From sequence record SRR22947727_3747: a stretch of 32,873 bases of DNA. One strand, written 5' to 3'. This document shows, piece by piece, positions 1-10,393 of the stretch (position 1 is its first letter; every line of letters begins with the position of its first letter). Position numbers and translations under genes: made by a program. The notes under the pieces are model-generated. The model did no database searches. It was not told the origin of the DNA and was given only the letters and a program-made list of their open reading frames with translations.

Positions 1-188
1 CCCGCCCAGGCCGGCGCTGCCCTCATTTCAACACTGTCCGGTGTTTTCACCGGGCAAAGTGTTCTGACTGGGCGGCTCTGTAGTGCACCGGTCCTTAACA
101 AAAAATTTACATCCCTAGGCCTTCAACGCTTGCGAAAATCATTCGGCAGTGACATTCTCTGTCGAATTCAGTTCTGCGGGAGGCAAAG

Positions 189-1631
189 ATGATCGAGAAG
201 CGCCAATTTTATATAAACGGCCAATGGGTTAACCCAGCAACAGCGCATGACTTTGATGTCATAGATCCAAGCACAGAAGACGTGGTTGGGGTGATCTCCT
301 TAGGCGGCCAGGCCGATACAGATGCAGCGGTCGCAGCGGCCAAGGCGGCCTTCCCCAGCTGGTCCCAGACCAGCAAAGCGGAACGTTTGGAGCTCTTGGA
401 AAAACTCCTCGAAGTTTACAAAGCCCGGCAGGCCGATATGGCCGAAGCCATCAGCCTTGAAATGGGCGCGCCACAGAAATTGGCCCGCAATCAGCAGGTC
501 GGTGCTGGGACATGGCATTTGCAAGGCTTCATTAATGCTTTCAAAGACTTTGAATTTGATCGCCCGCTTGGTCCCCAAGCGCCCAATGAGCGCACGGTCA
601 TGGAACCAATTGGTGTGACCGCTTTGATCACCCCTTGGAACTGGCCCATGAATCAAATTGTGCTCAAAGCCGTGCCCGCGCTGGCCTCTGGCTGCACCAT
701 GGTGTTGAAACCTTCGGAAGTCGCACCGCTCTCAGGCCTGTTGTTTGCTGAGATGATCCATGAGGCAGGCTTTCCGGCCGGTGTTTTCAACCTCGTCAAT
801 GGCGATGGACTGGGCGTTGGCACGCAATTGTCTGTGCATCCTGATGTGGATATGGTTAGCTTCACAGGGTCATCCCGTGCAGGCATCGCCATTTCGAAAG
901 CCGCCGCAGATACGCTCAAACGCGTAAGCCTCGAGCTTGGCGGAAAAGGGGCAAATATCATTTTCGCCAATGCCGCTGAAGATGCGGTGACCAATGGCGT
1001 CGCCCGCTGCATGCGCAATTCCGGCCAATCATGCAACGCCCCGACCCGTATGTTGGTGGAGCGGTCTCGCTATGCAGAGGCTCTGGAGCAAGCCGCAGCC
1101 GCAGCCGAGGCCACCAAGGTTGGCCCCGCTTCCGAAGAGGGCAACCACATCGGTCCGGTGGTCAGTCAAATGCAGTTTGACAAAATCCAGGCCCTAATCG
1201 AAGTGGGTATCAAAGAAGATGGCGCCACATTGATCGCCGGCGGGCTTGGTCGCCCTGAAGGGTTAAACCGCGGCTTTTATGTCCGCCCGACCATATTTGC
1301 GGATGTGGACAACACCGCCCGCATCAACCGCGAGGAAATCTTTGGCCCCGTCATGAGCATCATGCCTTTTGATACGGAAGAGGAAGCCATCGCAATCGCC
1401 AATGACACGCCCTACGGTTTGACCAATTACATCCAATGCGGCGATCAAGAACAACGTCAGCGCGTGGCGCGGCAGTTGCGCTCTGGCATGGTCGAAACCA
1501 ATTCCGTCGGCTTCGGCATGGGCAGCCCCTTTGGCGGCTATAAGCAATCGGGCAATGGCCGCGAAGGCGGTATATTTGGCCTGCATGAGTTCATGGAAAT
1601 CAAAGCTGTGAGCTGCTGGGAAGACGTGTAG
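189..1631 (+). CDS. Aldehyde dehydrogenase family protein
   Basis: 480 aa ORF with ALDH motifs ITPWNWP, LKPSE, SFTGS, LELGGKG, GQSCNAP (catalytic Cys), EEIFGP, PFGGYKQSG; GGGAGG RBS upstream. Confidence 0.95.
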   Translation: MIEKRQFYINGQWVNPATAHDFDVIDPSTEDVVGVISLGGQADTDAAVAAAKAAFPSWSQTSKAERLELLEKLLEVYKARQADMAEAISLEMGAPQKLARNQQVGAGTWHLQGFINAFKDFEFDRPLGPQAPNERTVMEPIGVTALITPWNWPMNQIVLKAVPALASGCTMVLKPSEVAPLSGLLFAEMIHEAGFPAGVFNLVNGDGLGVGTQLSVHPDVDMVSFTGSSRAGIAISKAAADTLKRVSLELGGKGANIIFANAAEDAVTNGVARCMRNSGQSCNAPTRMLVERSRYAEALEQAAAAAEATKVGPASEEGNHIGPVVSQMQFDKIQALIEVGIKEDGATLIAGGLGRPEGLNRGFYVRPTIFADVDNTARINREEIFGPVMSIMPFDTEEEAIAIANDTPYGLTNYIQCGDQEQRQRVARQLRSGMVETNSVGFGMGSPFGGYKQSGNGREGGIFGLHEFMEIKAVSCWEDV

Positions 1632-1645
1632 CTCTTACGCCCAAA

Positions 1646-1715
1646 GCCCCATCAAAATTTCCGTTCCCAGGACAAGCTATAGGCGCAGGGACGGGGGTTT
1701 TGGTGGGGCACTTTT
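1646..1715 (+). terminator. Long 22-bp stem-loop between convergent genes (terminator or degenerate palindromic element)
   Basis: 1646-1667 pairs with 1688-1709 using 17 Watson-Crick and 5 G-U pairs on the + strand; followed by ACTTTT. Confidence 0.55.
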
Positions 1716-1762
1716 GATCTTGATCACACCGCGCGCCGCGCTCGAAAGACCAAGCCGCCATT

Positions 1763-2407
1763 TTAGAACGGTATTTTTGCGCGAAAATCCATCATTTCGC
1801 CGCCATCCGGATGGCGCAGGCGCAGGCGGTGGGAATGGAGCATAAGGCGCGGAGCCGCTTGGCTTTCCGGCGTGCCATAAAACGGATCTCCCAAAATCGG
1901 GTGCCCAAGCGCCAACATATGCACCCTAAGTTGATGCGAACGACCCGTTTTTGGGCTCAATTTCACGCGCGTTTCCTGGGGGCCACTTTTAATCACTTGC
2001 CAATCGGTCTGTGCCGCGCGGCCAGTCTCATGGCAAATCATCTGCCGTGGCCGGTTTGGCCAATCTACAATGATCGGAAGATCAACCGTGCCGCTTTGCT
2101 CCACCATTTGCCCCCAAACCCGCGCCACATAGGTCTTTTGCGTCTGGCGTTTTTCAAATTGCAGACCCAAATGACGTTGCGCGTGAGGTGACAGAGCAAA
2201 GACCATGACTCCAGAGGTGTCGCGATCCAACCGATGCACCAGAAGCGCCGTGGGATAATCGGCCTGAATGCGAGAGATCAAACAATCGGCCAAAAGCGGT
2301 CCACGCCCGGGCACAGACAGAAGACCCGAGGGCTTGTTGACCAGCAAAAGTTCATGATCCAGGTGGATCACATCCAAAGGGTCCATCGGAGGGTTATAGG
2401 CTGTCAT
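1763..2407 (-). CDS. rluA: RluA-family pseudouridine synthase
   Basis: NKPSGLLSVPG, HRLDRDTSG (catalytic Asp), TGRSHQLRVH, HPILGDPFY motifs. Confidence 0.92.
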   Translation of the reverse strand: MTAYNPPMDPLDVIHLDHELLLVNKPSGLLSVPGRGPLLADCLISRIQADYPTALLVHRLDRDTSGVMVFALSPHAQRHLGLQFEKRQTQKTYVARVWGQMVEQSGTVDLPIIVDWPNRPRQMICHETGRAAQTDWQVIKSGPQETRVKLSPKTGRSHQLRVHMLALGHPILGDPFYGTPESQAAPRLMLHSHRLRLRHPDGGEMMDFRAKIPF

Positions 2408-2533
2408 GCCCCGCCCATAGCTCTTTCGCGCCTATAGGTAAATTGCCCAGCAAAAAATATCCATTTTCTAGATCCACAGTTTACAAACTTCGTATTTTCA
2501 AGGTAACCTAAGACATTGTTAAGGATTTAATTA

Positions 2534-4659
2534 ATGAAATTATTTTGGCCTGTCCTCAGTGGTGTTTTGTGTACCGCGCATATTTCATTCGCCGAACCAA
2601 GGGTCACATATAACTCCTATGGCATGCCCGGTCTGGTCGATATGCCCAGCGCGCAATCGGCACCGGATGCAGAGTTGAGTTTTTCCGTTTCGCAATCGGG
2701 CGAGAGCCTGCGCAATACGTTAACGTTTCAGATTGCCCCCCGGCTGACGGGTGCCTTTCGCTACTCATCTATCGAAAGGCCACAAGGAACACTCTACGAC
2801 CGATCTTTTGATCTGCGCTACCGGCTGCTTGACGAAACGCATCTCCGGCCCGCCGTTGCCGCAGGTTTGCAAGATTTTATCGGTACGGGCGTCTATAGCG
2901 GCGAGTATGTCGCAGCGAGCAAAACCTTCGGCCCGGTGTCGCCACCGCAGGCATTGGGTGGGGCCGTTTGGGATCACATAATAGTTTTGACAATCCTCTT
3001 GGCGTGATTTCCAGCCGCTTTGATACCCGTGACGCGGGCTATACCGGCACTGGAGGGCGCATCGAATCCGCGCGCTGGTTTCGCGGTCCAGCGGCCTTTT
3101 TTGCCGGCTTTGCTTGGCCAGTGACCGACAAGGTCACGCTCAAAGCTGAATATTCCTCGGATGCATACACAAAGGAAGTTTCCTACGGCCATTTTGAGCA
3201 TCGCTCTCCTTTCAATCTGGCGCTTGATTATCAGATCAAACCCACCGTCCAGCTCACCGCCTATGCGCAACATGGTGACGAAATAGGCATTTTGGCCAGT
3301 CTGACGAGCAATCCAAAACACAGCCCGGGCGGCGCAACCCGCGATCCGGCCCCTATGCCGGTGTTACCGCGTGCCAAAGCCCAGGTCGCTCCTGCTGGGT
3401 GGTCAGAAATCCCATCCTTGCGCAACGCGCTGATCACCGCGCTGACCCCGGTGCTTCGGCAGGATGGCATCCAACTCATCGGTCTATCGCTGACCGATAC
3501 GACCGCCATTGCGACCGTCGAAAACCACCGCTATCAGTCGCAACCCCAAGCCATTGGCCATGTCGCGCGACTGTTGTCCAATGTCCTCCCAGCTTCCGTT
3601 GACACCATCGCCGTGGTTCCGATGGTCAAGGGCATTGCCGGCTCTCAAGTGATTTTCCCGCGCGATGCACTAGAAACCCATGAGGCCACCGCCACGGGCG
3701 CATCCGACATGCGCGCCGCGACAATCGTGACAGATGCCGCAGCCGTAGATCACAGAGCCGCGGCAGCCGAGGGCGTTTTTCCTCAATTCTCATGGTCCTT
3801 TGGGCCAGACGTCTCCGGATCCTTATTTGATCCAGATAATCCCGTGGCCTTATCACTTGGGGCAAAGCTGACAGCGGAGTGGGTGCCCGCAAAGGGGGTC
3901 TATGTCACCGGCACGCTTCGGCAAAATTTCGTGGACAACTACACCTCCACACCAAGATATTCCGATTCCATCATCACGCATGTGCGATCAGATTCCACGT
4001 TTTACGATCGCACCAACGGCCCGGTGCTTCAAGATCTCACCGCCAATTATCGCTTTCGGCCAGGAACCAATCTCTATGGCCGGTTCAGCGCCGGATATTT
4101 GGAGCGCATGTATGGCGGCCTATCTGCCGAGCTCTTGTGGAAACCTGTTGACAGCAAATTCGGTCTTGGCTTCGAGGTCAGCGCCATTCGCCAAAGAAGT
4201 TTCGACGGGCTTGGCTTTGCCCCGCTCACCGTCACGACAGCAGGTCTGGGCGCCCCAAGATCCTATGACACCATTACCGGGCATTTGTCCGGCTATTATG
4301 CTTTCGACAACGGGCTGCATGCACAACTCGATGTCGGTCGGTATCTGGCAAAAGACTGAGGGATGAGTGTGCAATTGAACCGGGAGTTCAACAACGGTTG
4401 GAAGGTCGGTGCCTATGCGACGCTGACCGATATTTCCTTTGATGATTTTGGCGAGGGATCTTTTGACAAAGGTATCGTCATGGAAATTCCAACCGCTTGG
4501 AGCATTGGCCGCCCAAGCCGTGTGAAACGGTCCGTGGTCATTCGTCCCCTCCTGCGCGATGGCGGTGCGAAATTGGATCTTTCGGATCGGCTATATGACC
4601 TGGTTCGTGACACCCATGTTCCGCAGCTTGAGGCCCAATGGGGCCGGTTTTGGAGGTAG
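2534..4659 (+). pseudogene. yjbH: YjbH/GfcD-family outer-membrane polysaccharide export protein, interrupted by a frameshift (~2939) and an in-frame TGA (4357-4359)
   Basis: Three consecutive ORFs carry successive parts of YjbH (YGMPGLVDMPSA..DRSFDLRY..GLQDFIGTG / GIGWGRLG..GYLERMYGG..GRYLAKD / FGEGSFDKG..WGRFWR); rejoined length about 708 aa. Confidence 0.85.
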
Positions 4660-4661
4660 AC

Positions 4662-5324
4662 ATGCGCAGACTCATCGCTCTGGGCCTGATGGCTCTTTTG
4701 GTCGGTTGCGGCTCCCCATCCCCAGATGGCACTCAACCCTGGTCCCAGAAAATTTTAGATCAAGGTTTGTCACTGCTCAAACCCAAAGCTCCGGAACCGG
4801 CGCCCGAACCAGAAGTATTCACACGCGCCAGTGTCACCGAAGGCCAAACAGGCCCAGTTATTTTGGTCAGCGCACCAAAGCTGGAGGCCAAGGCCTCGCT
4901 GAACATGATCCAAGAAAACGGTCCAACCAGAACCTATGTCTCGGATGACGGTATTGCTCTGCTGTTGCAAAATGGCTTGCTTGCAGGATCGCGCGGCTTT
5001 GGCGATGACCTGATGAGCTCAGATCATGCGGCAGCACATCGCGCTATTCTCAAAGGGTCCGGGCAATATGAACGGGTGCTGCGCTATATAAACTCGCAAA
5101 ATCATCTTGAAGCCGTCCCCCTGACCTGCGGCCTCACCGATCATGGTGCTCAGACGATCACCATTTTAGGCGACAAACATAGGGTTATCAGACGCGTAGA
5201 GATCTGTGATCTGGTCGGGCGGCAGATTGAAAACACCTTTTGGATCTCAGGAAAAACTATTTGGAAATCGCAACAATGGGTCAGTGATCGGGTCGGTAGC
5301 TTGACCATTGAGCAAGTTCAGTAG
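4662..5324 (+). CDS. yjbF: YjbF/GfcB-family lipoprotein
   Basis: Lipobox LLVG-C after MRRLIAL; motifs SRGFGDDLMS, IENTFW, KSQQW; GGAGG RBS; follows yjbH. Confidence 0.8.
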   Translation: MRRLIALGLMALLVGCGSPSPDGTQPWSQKILDQGLSLLKPKAPEPAPEPEVFTRASVTEGQTGPVILVSAPKLEAKASLNMIQENGPTRTYVSDDGIALLLQNGLLAGSRGFGDDLMSSDHAAAHRAILKGSGQYERVLRYINSQNHLEAVPLTCGLTDHGAQTITILGDKHRVIRRVEICDLVGRQIENTFWISGKTIWKSQQWVSDRVGSLTIEQVQ

Positions 5325-5342
5325 CTTCGCTAGGATAACCCG

Positions 5343-6353
5343 ATGGGACGCAAAATATTACTCACAGGCGGGGCGGGCTATATTGGGTCGCATACTTATG
5401 TTGCCCTCATCGAAGCGAGGTTTGAGGTTGTCATTTTAGACAATTTCTCAAATTCAAACCCCAGTGTTTTGATCCGTTTGGGACAAATCACCGGGCAAAA
5501 TCAGGTCATCTGCTACGAAGGCTCGGTGCTGGACAAAGCGCTGTTGGCACAGATTTTCACCGAACATGATATCTCCGCCGTGATCCACTTCGCAGCGCTC
5601 AAGGCAGTGGGCGAGAGTGTTGAACAGCCGCTTGCGTATTTTTCAACCAATGTCACCGGTCTTTTATGTCTGCTAGAAGAGATGAAGGGCGCCGGCATCA
5701 AGCATTTGGTGTTTTCCTCTTCCGCAACCGTATATGGCGAGCCAAAAGAGGTTCCCATAACCGAAAACGCTCCATTACAATTCACAAGCCCCTATGGGTT
5801 CACCAAAGTCGCCAGCGAGCAAATTTTGACCCAAGCTGCGGCCGCTGACCCCTGGGCCTTTGGCGTGCTGCGCTATTTCAATCCAGCCGGGGCCCATCCC
5901 AGCGGATTAATTGACGAAGATCCGTCCGACATTCCCAACAACCTCATGCCCTATATCGCAAAGGTTGCGAGCGGCGCATTGCCACATCTCAATGTATTTG
6001 GGAATGACTACGACACCCGCGATGGCACAGGCGAACGCGATTACATTCATGTCTGCGACCTAGCGCGCGGCCATGTGTTATCTGTGCAAAAATTACTCTC
6101 CACCGATGAGGGGCATGTGGTCAACCTCGGCACAGGGCAGGCCTATTCCGTTCTAGAAATGAACACCCCCTATGGCAAGGCCGCCGGCCGAGACCTGCCC
6201 TATGTCATCGCCCCCCGCCGCGCAGGCGACGTGCCAACCTGTCTGGCCGATGTGCGCAAAGCGAAAGCGGTTTTGGGCTTTGAGACTCACTTCGGTCTGG
6301 ATGATATGTGCCGAAGCTCGTGGAATTGGATCGAAACACAAGCCCGCAGCTAG
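5343..6353 (+). CDS. galE: UDP-glucose 4-epimerase
   Basis: GGAGYIGSH, HFAALKAVGES, SSSATVYG, YGFTK, LRYFNP, NNLMPY, RDYIHV motifs. Confidence 0.93.
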   Translation: MGRKILLTGGAGYIGSHTYVALIEARFEVVILDNFSNSNPSVLIRLGQITGQNQVICYEGSVLDKALLAQIFTEHDISAVIHFAALKAVGESVEQPLAYFSTNVTGLLCLLEEMKGAGIKHLVFSSSATVYGEPKEVPITENAPLQFTSPYGFTKVASEQILTQAAAADPWAFGVLRYFNPAGAHPSGLIDEDPSDIPNNLMPYIAKVASGALPHLNVFGNDYDTRDGTGERDYIHVCDLARGHVLSVQKLLSTDEGHVVNLGTGQAYSVLEMNTPYGKAAGRDLPYVIAPRRAGDVPTCLADVRKAKAVLGFETHFGLDDMCRSSWNWIETQARS

Positions 6354-7777
6354 GCGGCCCTGGGCGGCAGAACGGCCCCAGGGTTCAAAATGCCTTGGGG
6401 ATCCAGCGTATCTTTGATCTGGCGCATCAATTGCAATTTCACAGGATCGCCAAAACGCGCAATATCCGCCACCTTGAGCCGCCCAACGCCATGCTCCGCA
6501 GAAACAGATCCCCCCAATTCATGCGTAAGGCGATGCACCTCTGCCTGCAAATCTGCGCGCATGTCGACGTAGTTTGAGGCCGGTACACCCTCAGCCGGGA
6601 AAAGGTTGTAATGCAGGTTCCCATCCCCTAGATGACCGAAACAATTAATTCGGATGTCGCCAAAACGGGCAAGCGTTGCAGGCATCTTGGCGATAAACCC
6701 GGCAATTTCTGACAGCGGCAAAGAAATATCCGACGAACAGATCGCGCCAATTGCGCGGTTAGCAAGAGGGATGGTTTCTCGCAAGCTCCACAGATCCTGC
6801 GCCTGCTGCGCAGATTGGGCGATCACCCCATCACGGATCAAATCGGATGCCTGCTCAAAGAGGGTTTCAATTGCCTGTTCCGCCCCTGTGCCATTCGAAA
6901 GACCGAGATGCAGCAAAACCGACCAATTGGGCGGCGAAGACCATGGCTGACGCATCTGCGGGTGAGTCTCGGCCAAAAAGCGCAAGCCCTGTCCAGAAAT
7001 CAACTCAAACGCAGAGATGCTCTCACCCAATAGGCCCCTAGCCCGCCCCAACAGATCCAGCGCCGCGCTTGGACTGTCTACCGCCAAAAGCGCCGTGCCC
7101 TCAGATTGGGGCCGCGGCGCCAGCTTGAGACTCGCTGCGGTAATAATGCCTAAGGTGCCCTCAGACCCAATGAGCAAATGCCGCAGATCATAGCCCGTAT
7201 TATCTTTTCGCAGTCGTTGCAGACCGTTGAAAATCCGGCCATCTGCCATCACGGCTTCAATGCCCAAAACTTGGTCGCGCGCCATGCCATACCGCAGGAC
7301 ATTTACCCCGCCGGCATTCGTCGCAAGCAAGCCGCCAATCTGCGCCGTGCCTTCAGAGGCCAGCGATAGTGGAAACAATCGATCGACATCGGCCGCGCTT
7401 TGTTGAACCTCCGCCAACACCGCACCAGCTTCAGCCACCAGAACATTCTCCTCAGGGTAACGGGCCCGAATCCGGCGCATTCGCCCAAGGCTCAAGATCA
7501 GCGGGCTTGGGGCGCCAGTCTTGGATTCTGGCAAGATTTGTCCCCCAACAAGACCGGTTCCGCCTCCATAGGGCACAACCCCGATCCGAGCCGCCGCCGC
7601 CGCCGCGATGACCTGCGCCACTTGAGCCGTGCTTTCCGGAGCCACCAAAAGCCCAGCAGATCCCTGGTAATATCCGCGCGGCTCGGTCAGATATTTATCG
7701 CTCAGCTCTGGAAAGGCTGCGGCCGGCAGGAGGCGTTGCAATTGGCTTGTAAATTCTGCCGTCACTGGATTTAACAT
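6350..7777 (-). CDS. FAD-binding oxidoreductase (D-2-hydroxyacid/D-2-hydroxyglutarate dehydrogenase-like)
   Basis: GGGTGLVGG, FPLSLASEG, RKDNTGYDL, GSEGTLG, FGHLGDGNLH, SAEHGVG, LNPG motifs; start placed at MLNPV (uncertain). Confidence 0.88.
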   Translation of the reverse strand: MLNPVTAEFTSQLQRLLPAAAFPELSDKYLTEPRGYYQGSAGLLVAPESTAQVAQVIAAAAAARIGVVPYGGGTGLVGGQILPESKTGAPSPLILSLGRMRRIRARYPEENVLVAEAGAVLAEVQQSAADVDRLFPLSLASEGTAQIGGLLATNAGGVNVLRYGMARDQVLGIEAVMADGRIFNGLQRLRKDNTGYDLRHLLIGSEGTLGIITAASLKLAPRPQSEGTALLAVDSPSAALDLLGRARGLLGESISAFELISGQGLRFLAETHPQMRQPWSSPPNWSVLLHLGLSNGTGAEQAIETLFEQASDLIRDGVIAQSAQQAQDLWSLRETIPLANRAIGAICSSDISLPLSEIAGFIAKMPATLARFGDIRINCFGHLGDGNLHYNLFPAEGVPASNYVDMRADLQAEVHRLTHELGGSVSAEHGVGRLKVADIARFGDPVKLQLMRQIKDTLDPQGILNPGAVLPPRAA

Positions 7778-7905
7778 AACGCCCTTGCCCCCTTGTCGCC
7801 CACCGTACAAAAACGCCGCGCTGCCCCCGTGTCAGTAATGACAGACCTCCGCTTTGGCAATTTTTTTCTCCATGGTCGCCATACAAGCCCCGGCACATGC
7901 AGCGC

Positions 7906-7935
7906 TTGACTCTGAACGCGGGACACGTGTAAACG
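7906..7935 (+). promoter_or_regulatory. Putative sigma70 promoter of ffh
   Basis: TTGACT-N18-TAAACG upstream of the structured ffh leader. Confidence 0.45.
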
Positions 7936-7987
7936 CAGGCAAATCCCGGAAGTTGTAGTCTTCCGGTCCTCAGGCTTTTGCCAGGAT

Positions 7988-8035
7988 CGCCATCCGTCAG
8001 CGCGTTGCGCCCACGGGTGCTTTTTCGGTTTGGGA
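7988..8035 (+). ncRNA. ffh leader RNA motif (alphaproteobacterial)
   Basis: CCGTCAGCGCGTTGCGCCCACGGGTGC core with GCGCCC/GGGTGC hairpin directly upstream of ffh; resembles the known ffh motif (from memory, not searched). Confidence 0.7.
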
Positions 8036-8098
8036 CTTTGGAAATTTACGCGGCCTGCGCTATTGCGGGATCGTGTGCGGAGCGAAAGGGGCGGACCC

Positions 8099-9595
8099 AT
8101 GTTTGAAAATCTATCCGAACGCCTTGGCGGTGTATTTGATCGGCTGACCAAGCAAGGTGCGCTGTCGGAAGAGGATGTGAAAACAGCCCTGCGTGAGGTG
8201 CGCGTTGCGCTCCTAGAGGCCGATGTCAGCCTGCCTGTTGCCCGCGAATTCATTAAGAAAGTTCAAAGCAAAGCCACTGGATCGGCTGTCACAAAATCAA
8301 TCACCCCCGGCCAGCAAGTGGTCAAGATCGTCCATGACGCTCTGATTGACACGCTGCGCGGTGAAGGCGAACCGGGTGATCTGAAGATCGACAACCCACC
8401 CGCTGCGATTTTGATGGTGGGTCTGCAAGGCTCCGGTAAAACCACGACCACCGGGAAACTGGCAAAGCGCTTGGCCGGCCGCGAAGGTAAAAAGGTTCTG
8501 ATGGCCTCATTGGACATCTACCGCCCCGCCGCGATGGAACAACTCGCGATTTTGGGTGCGCAGGTGGGTGTTGATACCCTGCCCATCGTCGCCGGTGAAA
8601 CCGCAGTCCAAATTGCCAAACGTGCCAAACAGCAGGCCACATTGGGCGGCTACGACGTCTATATGCTCGACACTGCCGGGCGTCTGCAAATCGACGAAAC
8701 CCTGATGCAGGAAGTTGAGGATGTGCGCGATGCGGTTGAGCCGCGTGAAACACTCCTCGTCGTCGATGGGTTAACAGGCCAAGTGGCCGTAGAAGTCGCC
8801 GAAGAATTTGACGGCAAAATCGGCATCTCTGGCGTGGTTCTCACCCGTATGGATGGGGACGGTCGCGGTGGTGCGGCGCTTTCCATGCGTGCGGTCACCG
8901 GCAAGCCGATCAAATTTGTAGGCTCCGGCGAAAAAATGGATGCGTTGGAAACTTTCGAGCCCGAGCGCATCGCGGGACGCATTTTGGGCATGGGCGATAT
9001 CGTCGCTTTGGTCGAAAAGGCACAAGAAACGCTTGAAGCTGAACAAGCCGAACGGATGATGCGTCGCCTGCAAAAGGGCATGTTCAACATGAACGACCTG
9101 CGCAGCCAGCTTGAGCAAATGCAAAAAATGGGTGGTATGCAGGGCCTGATGGGCATGATGCCCGGCATGGCAAAAATGAAGGGCAAGATTGATCAAGCCG
9201 GCCTCGATGACAGCCTGTTAAAGCGCCAAATTGCCTTGATCAATTCCATGACAAAAAAAGAGCGGGCCAATCCCGCTTTGCTGCAAGCCAGCCGGAAAAA
9301 GCGGATCGCAGCGGGGGCGGGGCTTGAGGTGAGTGATCTCAATAAATTGCTCAAACAGCATCGCCAAATGTCAGATATGATGAAGAAAATTGGCAAAAAA
9401 GGCGGGTTGGGCGCTCTCAAGGGCATGCTCGGCGGCCAGGGCGCCCCAAGTCAAGCAGAGCTTGCCGCAGCACAAGAGCAAATCGCCAGTGGCGCTATGG
9501 GCGGCCTGCCCAAAGGCATGAGCTTGCCCAAAGGAATGGGCGGATTGGGCGGCGGTTTGCCCGGTGGCCTGAGCGGTTTGGGAAAAAAGAAATGA
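8099..9595 (+). CDS. ffh: Signal recognition particle protein
   Basis: MFENLSERL start, ALLEADV, GLQGSGKTTT, DTAGR, DGDGRGG, Met-rich M domain. Confidence 0.98.
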   Translation: MFENLSERLGGVFDRLTKQGALSEEDVKTALREVRVALLEADVSLPVAREFIKKVQSKATGSAVTKSITPGQQVVKIVHDALIDTLRGEGEPGDLKIDNPPAAILMVGLQGSGKTTTTGKLAKRLAGREGKKVLMASLDIYRPAAMEQLAILGAQVGVDTLPIVAGETAVQIAKRAKQQATLGGYDVYMLDTAGRLQIDETLMQEVEDVRDAVEPRETLLVVDGLTGQVAVEVAEEFDGKIGISGVVLTRMDGDGRGGAALSMRAVTGKPIKFVGSGEKMDALETFEPERIAGRILGMGDIVALVEKAQETLEAEQAERMMRRLQKGMFNMNDLRSQLEQMQKMGGMQGLMGMMPGMAKMKGKIDQAGLDDSLLKRQIALINSMTKKERANPALLQASRKKRIAAGAGLEVSDLNKLLKQHRQMSDMMKKIGKKGGLGALKGMLGGQGAPSQAELAAAQEQIASGAMGGLPKGMSLPKGMGGLGGGLPGGLSGLGKKK

Positions 9596-9626
9596 ACCAT
9601 TCAGATATGACACCCGGAGGCCTGTT

Positions 9627-9923
9627 ATGACGGACGATACCACACGCGCCGCAGAGCTGCTGAAATCACACCGCGAGAGCATTGATCGCTTGGATGCCAT
9701 CTTGGTTTATACTCTGGGCGAGCGTTTTGCCCACACCCAAGCCGTGGGGCAGCTCAAAGCCAAACATGCTCTACCACCATCGGATCCCGCCCGTGAGACG
9801 CAACAAATTACCCGTCTGCAAGATCTGGCGCAACGCGCCGATCTCGACCCCGAATTCGCCAAGAAATTTCTGAACTTTATTGTTCAAGAAGTCATCCAGA
9901 ACCACAAAACTTATCAAGAATAG
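9627..9923 (+). CDS. Chorismate mutase
   Basis: RESIDRLDAILVYTLGERF, PPSDPARE motifs; typical position between ffh and rpsP; GGAGG RBS. Confidence 0.9.
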   Translation: MTDDTTRAAELLKSHRESIDRLDAILVYTLGERFAHTQAVGQLKAKHALPPSDPARETQQITRLQDLAQRADLDPEFAKKFLNFIVQEVIQNHKTYQE

Positions 9924-9968
9924 ACCGCAATATCTGCTGCCTATTTGCCATTTTCAAGGAGATTAACA

Positions 9969-10355
9969 ATGGCTATGAAAATCCGTTTGGCCCGTGGTGG
10001 GTCCAAAAAGCGCCCCTTTTACCGTGTTGTTGCTGCTGATGCGCGCATGCCGCGCGATGGTCGCTTTATCGAAAAACTGGGCACATATAACCCACTTTTG
10101 GCCAAGGACAGCGAAGAGCGCGTAAAGCTCGACATTGAGCGCATTCAGCACTGGCTCGGTCAAGGCGCACAGCCAACAGATCGTGTGTCCCGTATGCTAG
10201 AAGCCGCAGGCGTGATCCCGGCCAAAACACGCAACAACCCAATCAAAGCCAAACCTGGCAAGAAAGCCATTGAGCGCGCTGAAGAAAAAGCCGCAAAAGC
10301 GGCCACTCCAGTGGAAGAAGCGGCCCCTGCAGAAGAAGCCGCCGCAGAAGAGTAA
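9969..10355 (+). CDS. rpsP: 30S ribosomal protein S16
   Basis: [42 protein letters not shown]. Confidence 0.98.
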   Translation: MAMKIRLARGGSKKRPFYRVVAADARMPRDGRFIEKLGTYNPLLAKDSEERVKLDIERIQHWLGQGAQPTDRVSRMLEAAGVIPAKTRNNPIKAKPGKKAIERAEEKAAKAATPVEEAAPAEEAAAEE

Positions 10356-10393
10356 TCTTCCGCGCAGCACGGCCTGCGCTTCGAAAAATAATG

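Noticed and set aside
2508-2534. CtrA-like box upstream of yjbH (CTAA-N7-TTAA)
   Set aside because: Mismatched to TTAA-N7-TTAAC and located in AT-rich DNA; too weak to support.
4357-4359. TGA in yjbH as recoded Trp or selenocysteine
   Set aside because: TGA is a normal stop for ffh, rimM and pobA in this window, and the gene also has a frameshift.
9490-9595. LPKGM tandem and Gly-rich repeats at the ffh 3' end
   Set aside because: Low-complexity tails are typical of Rhodobacteraceae Ffh.
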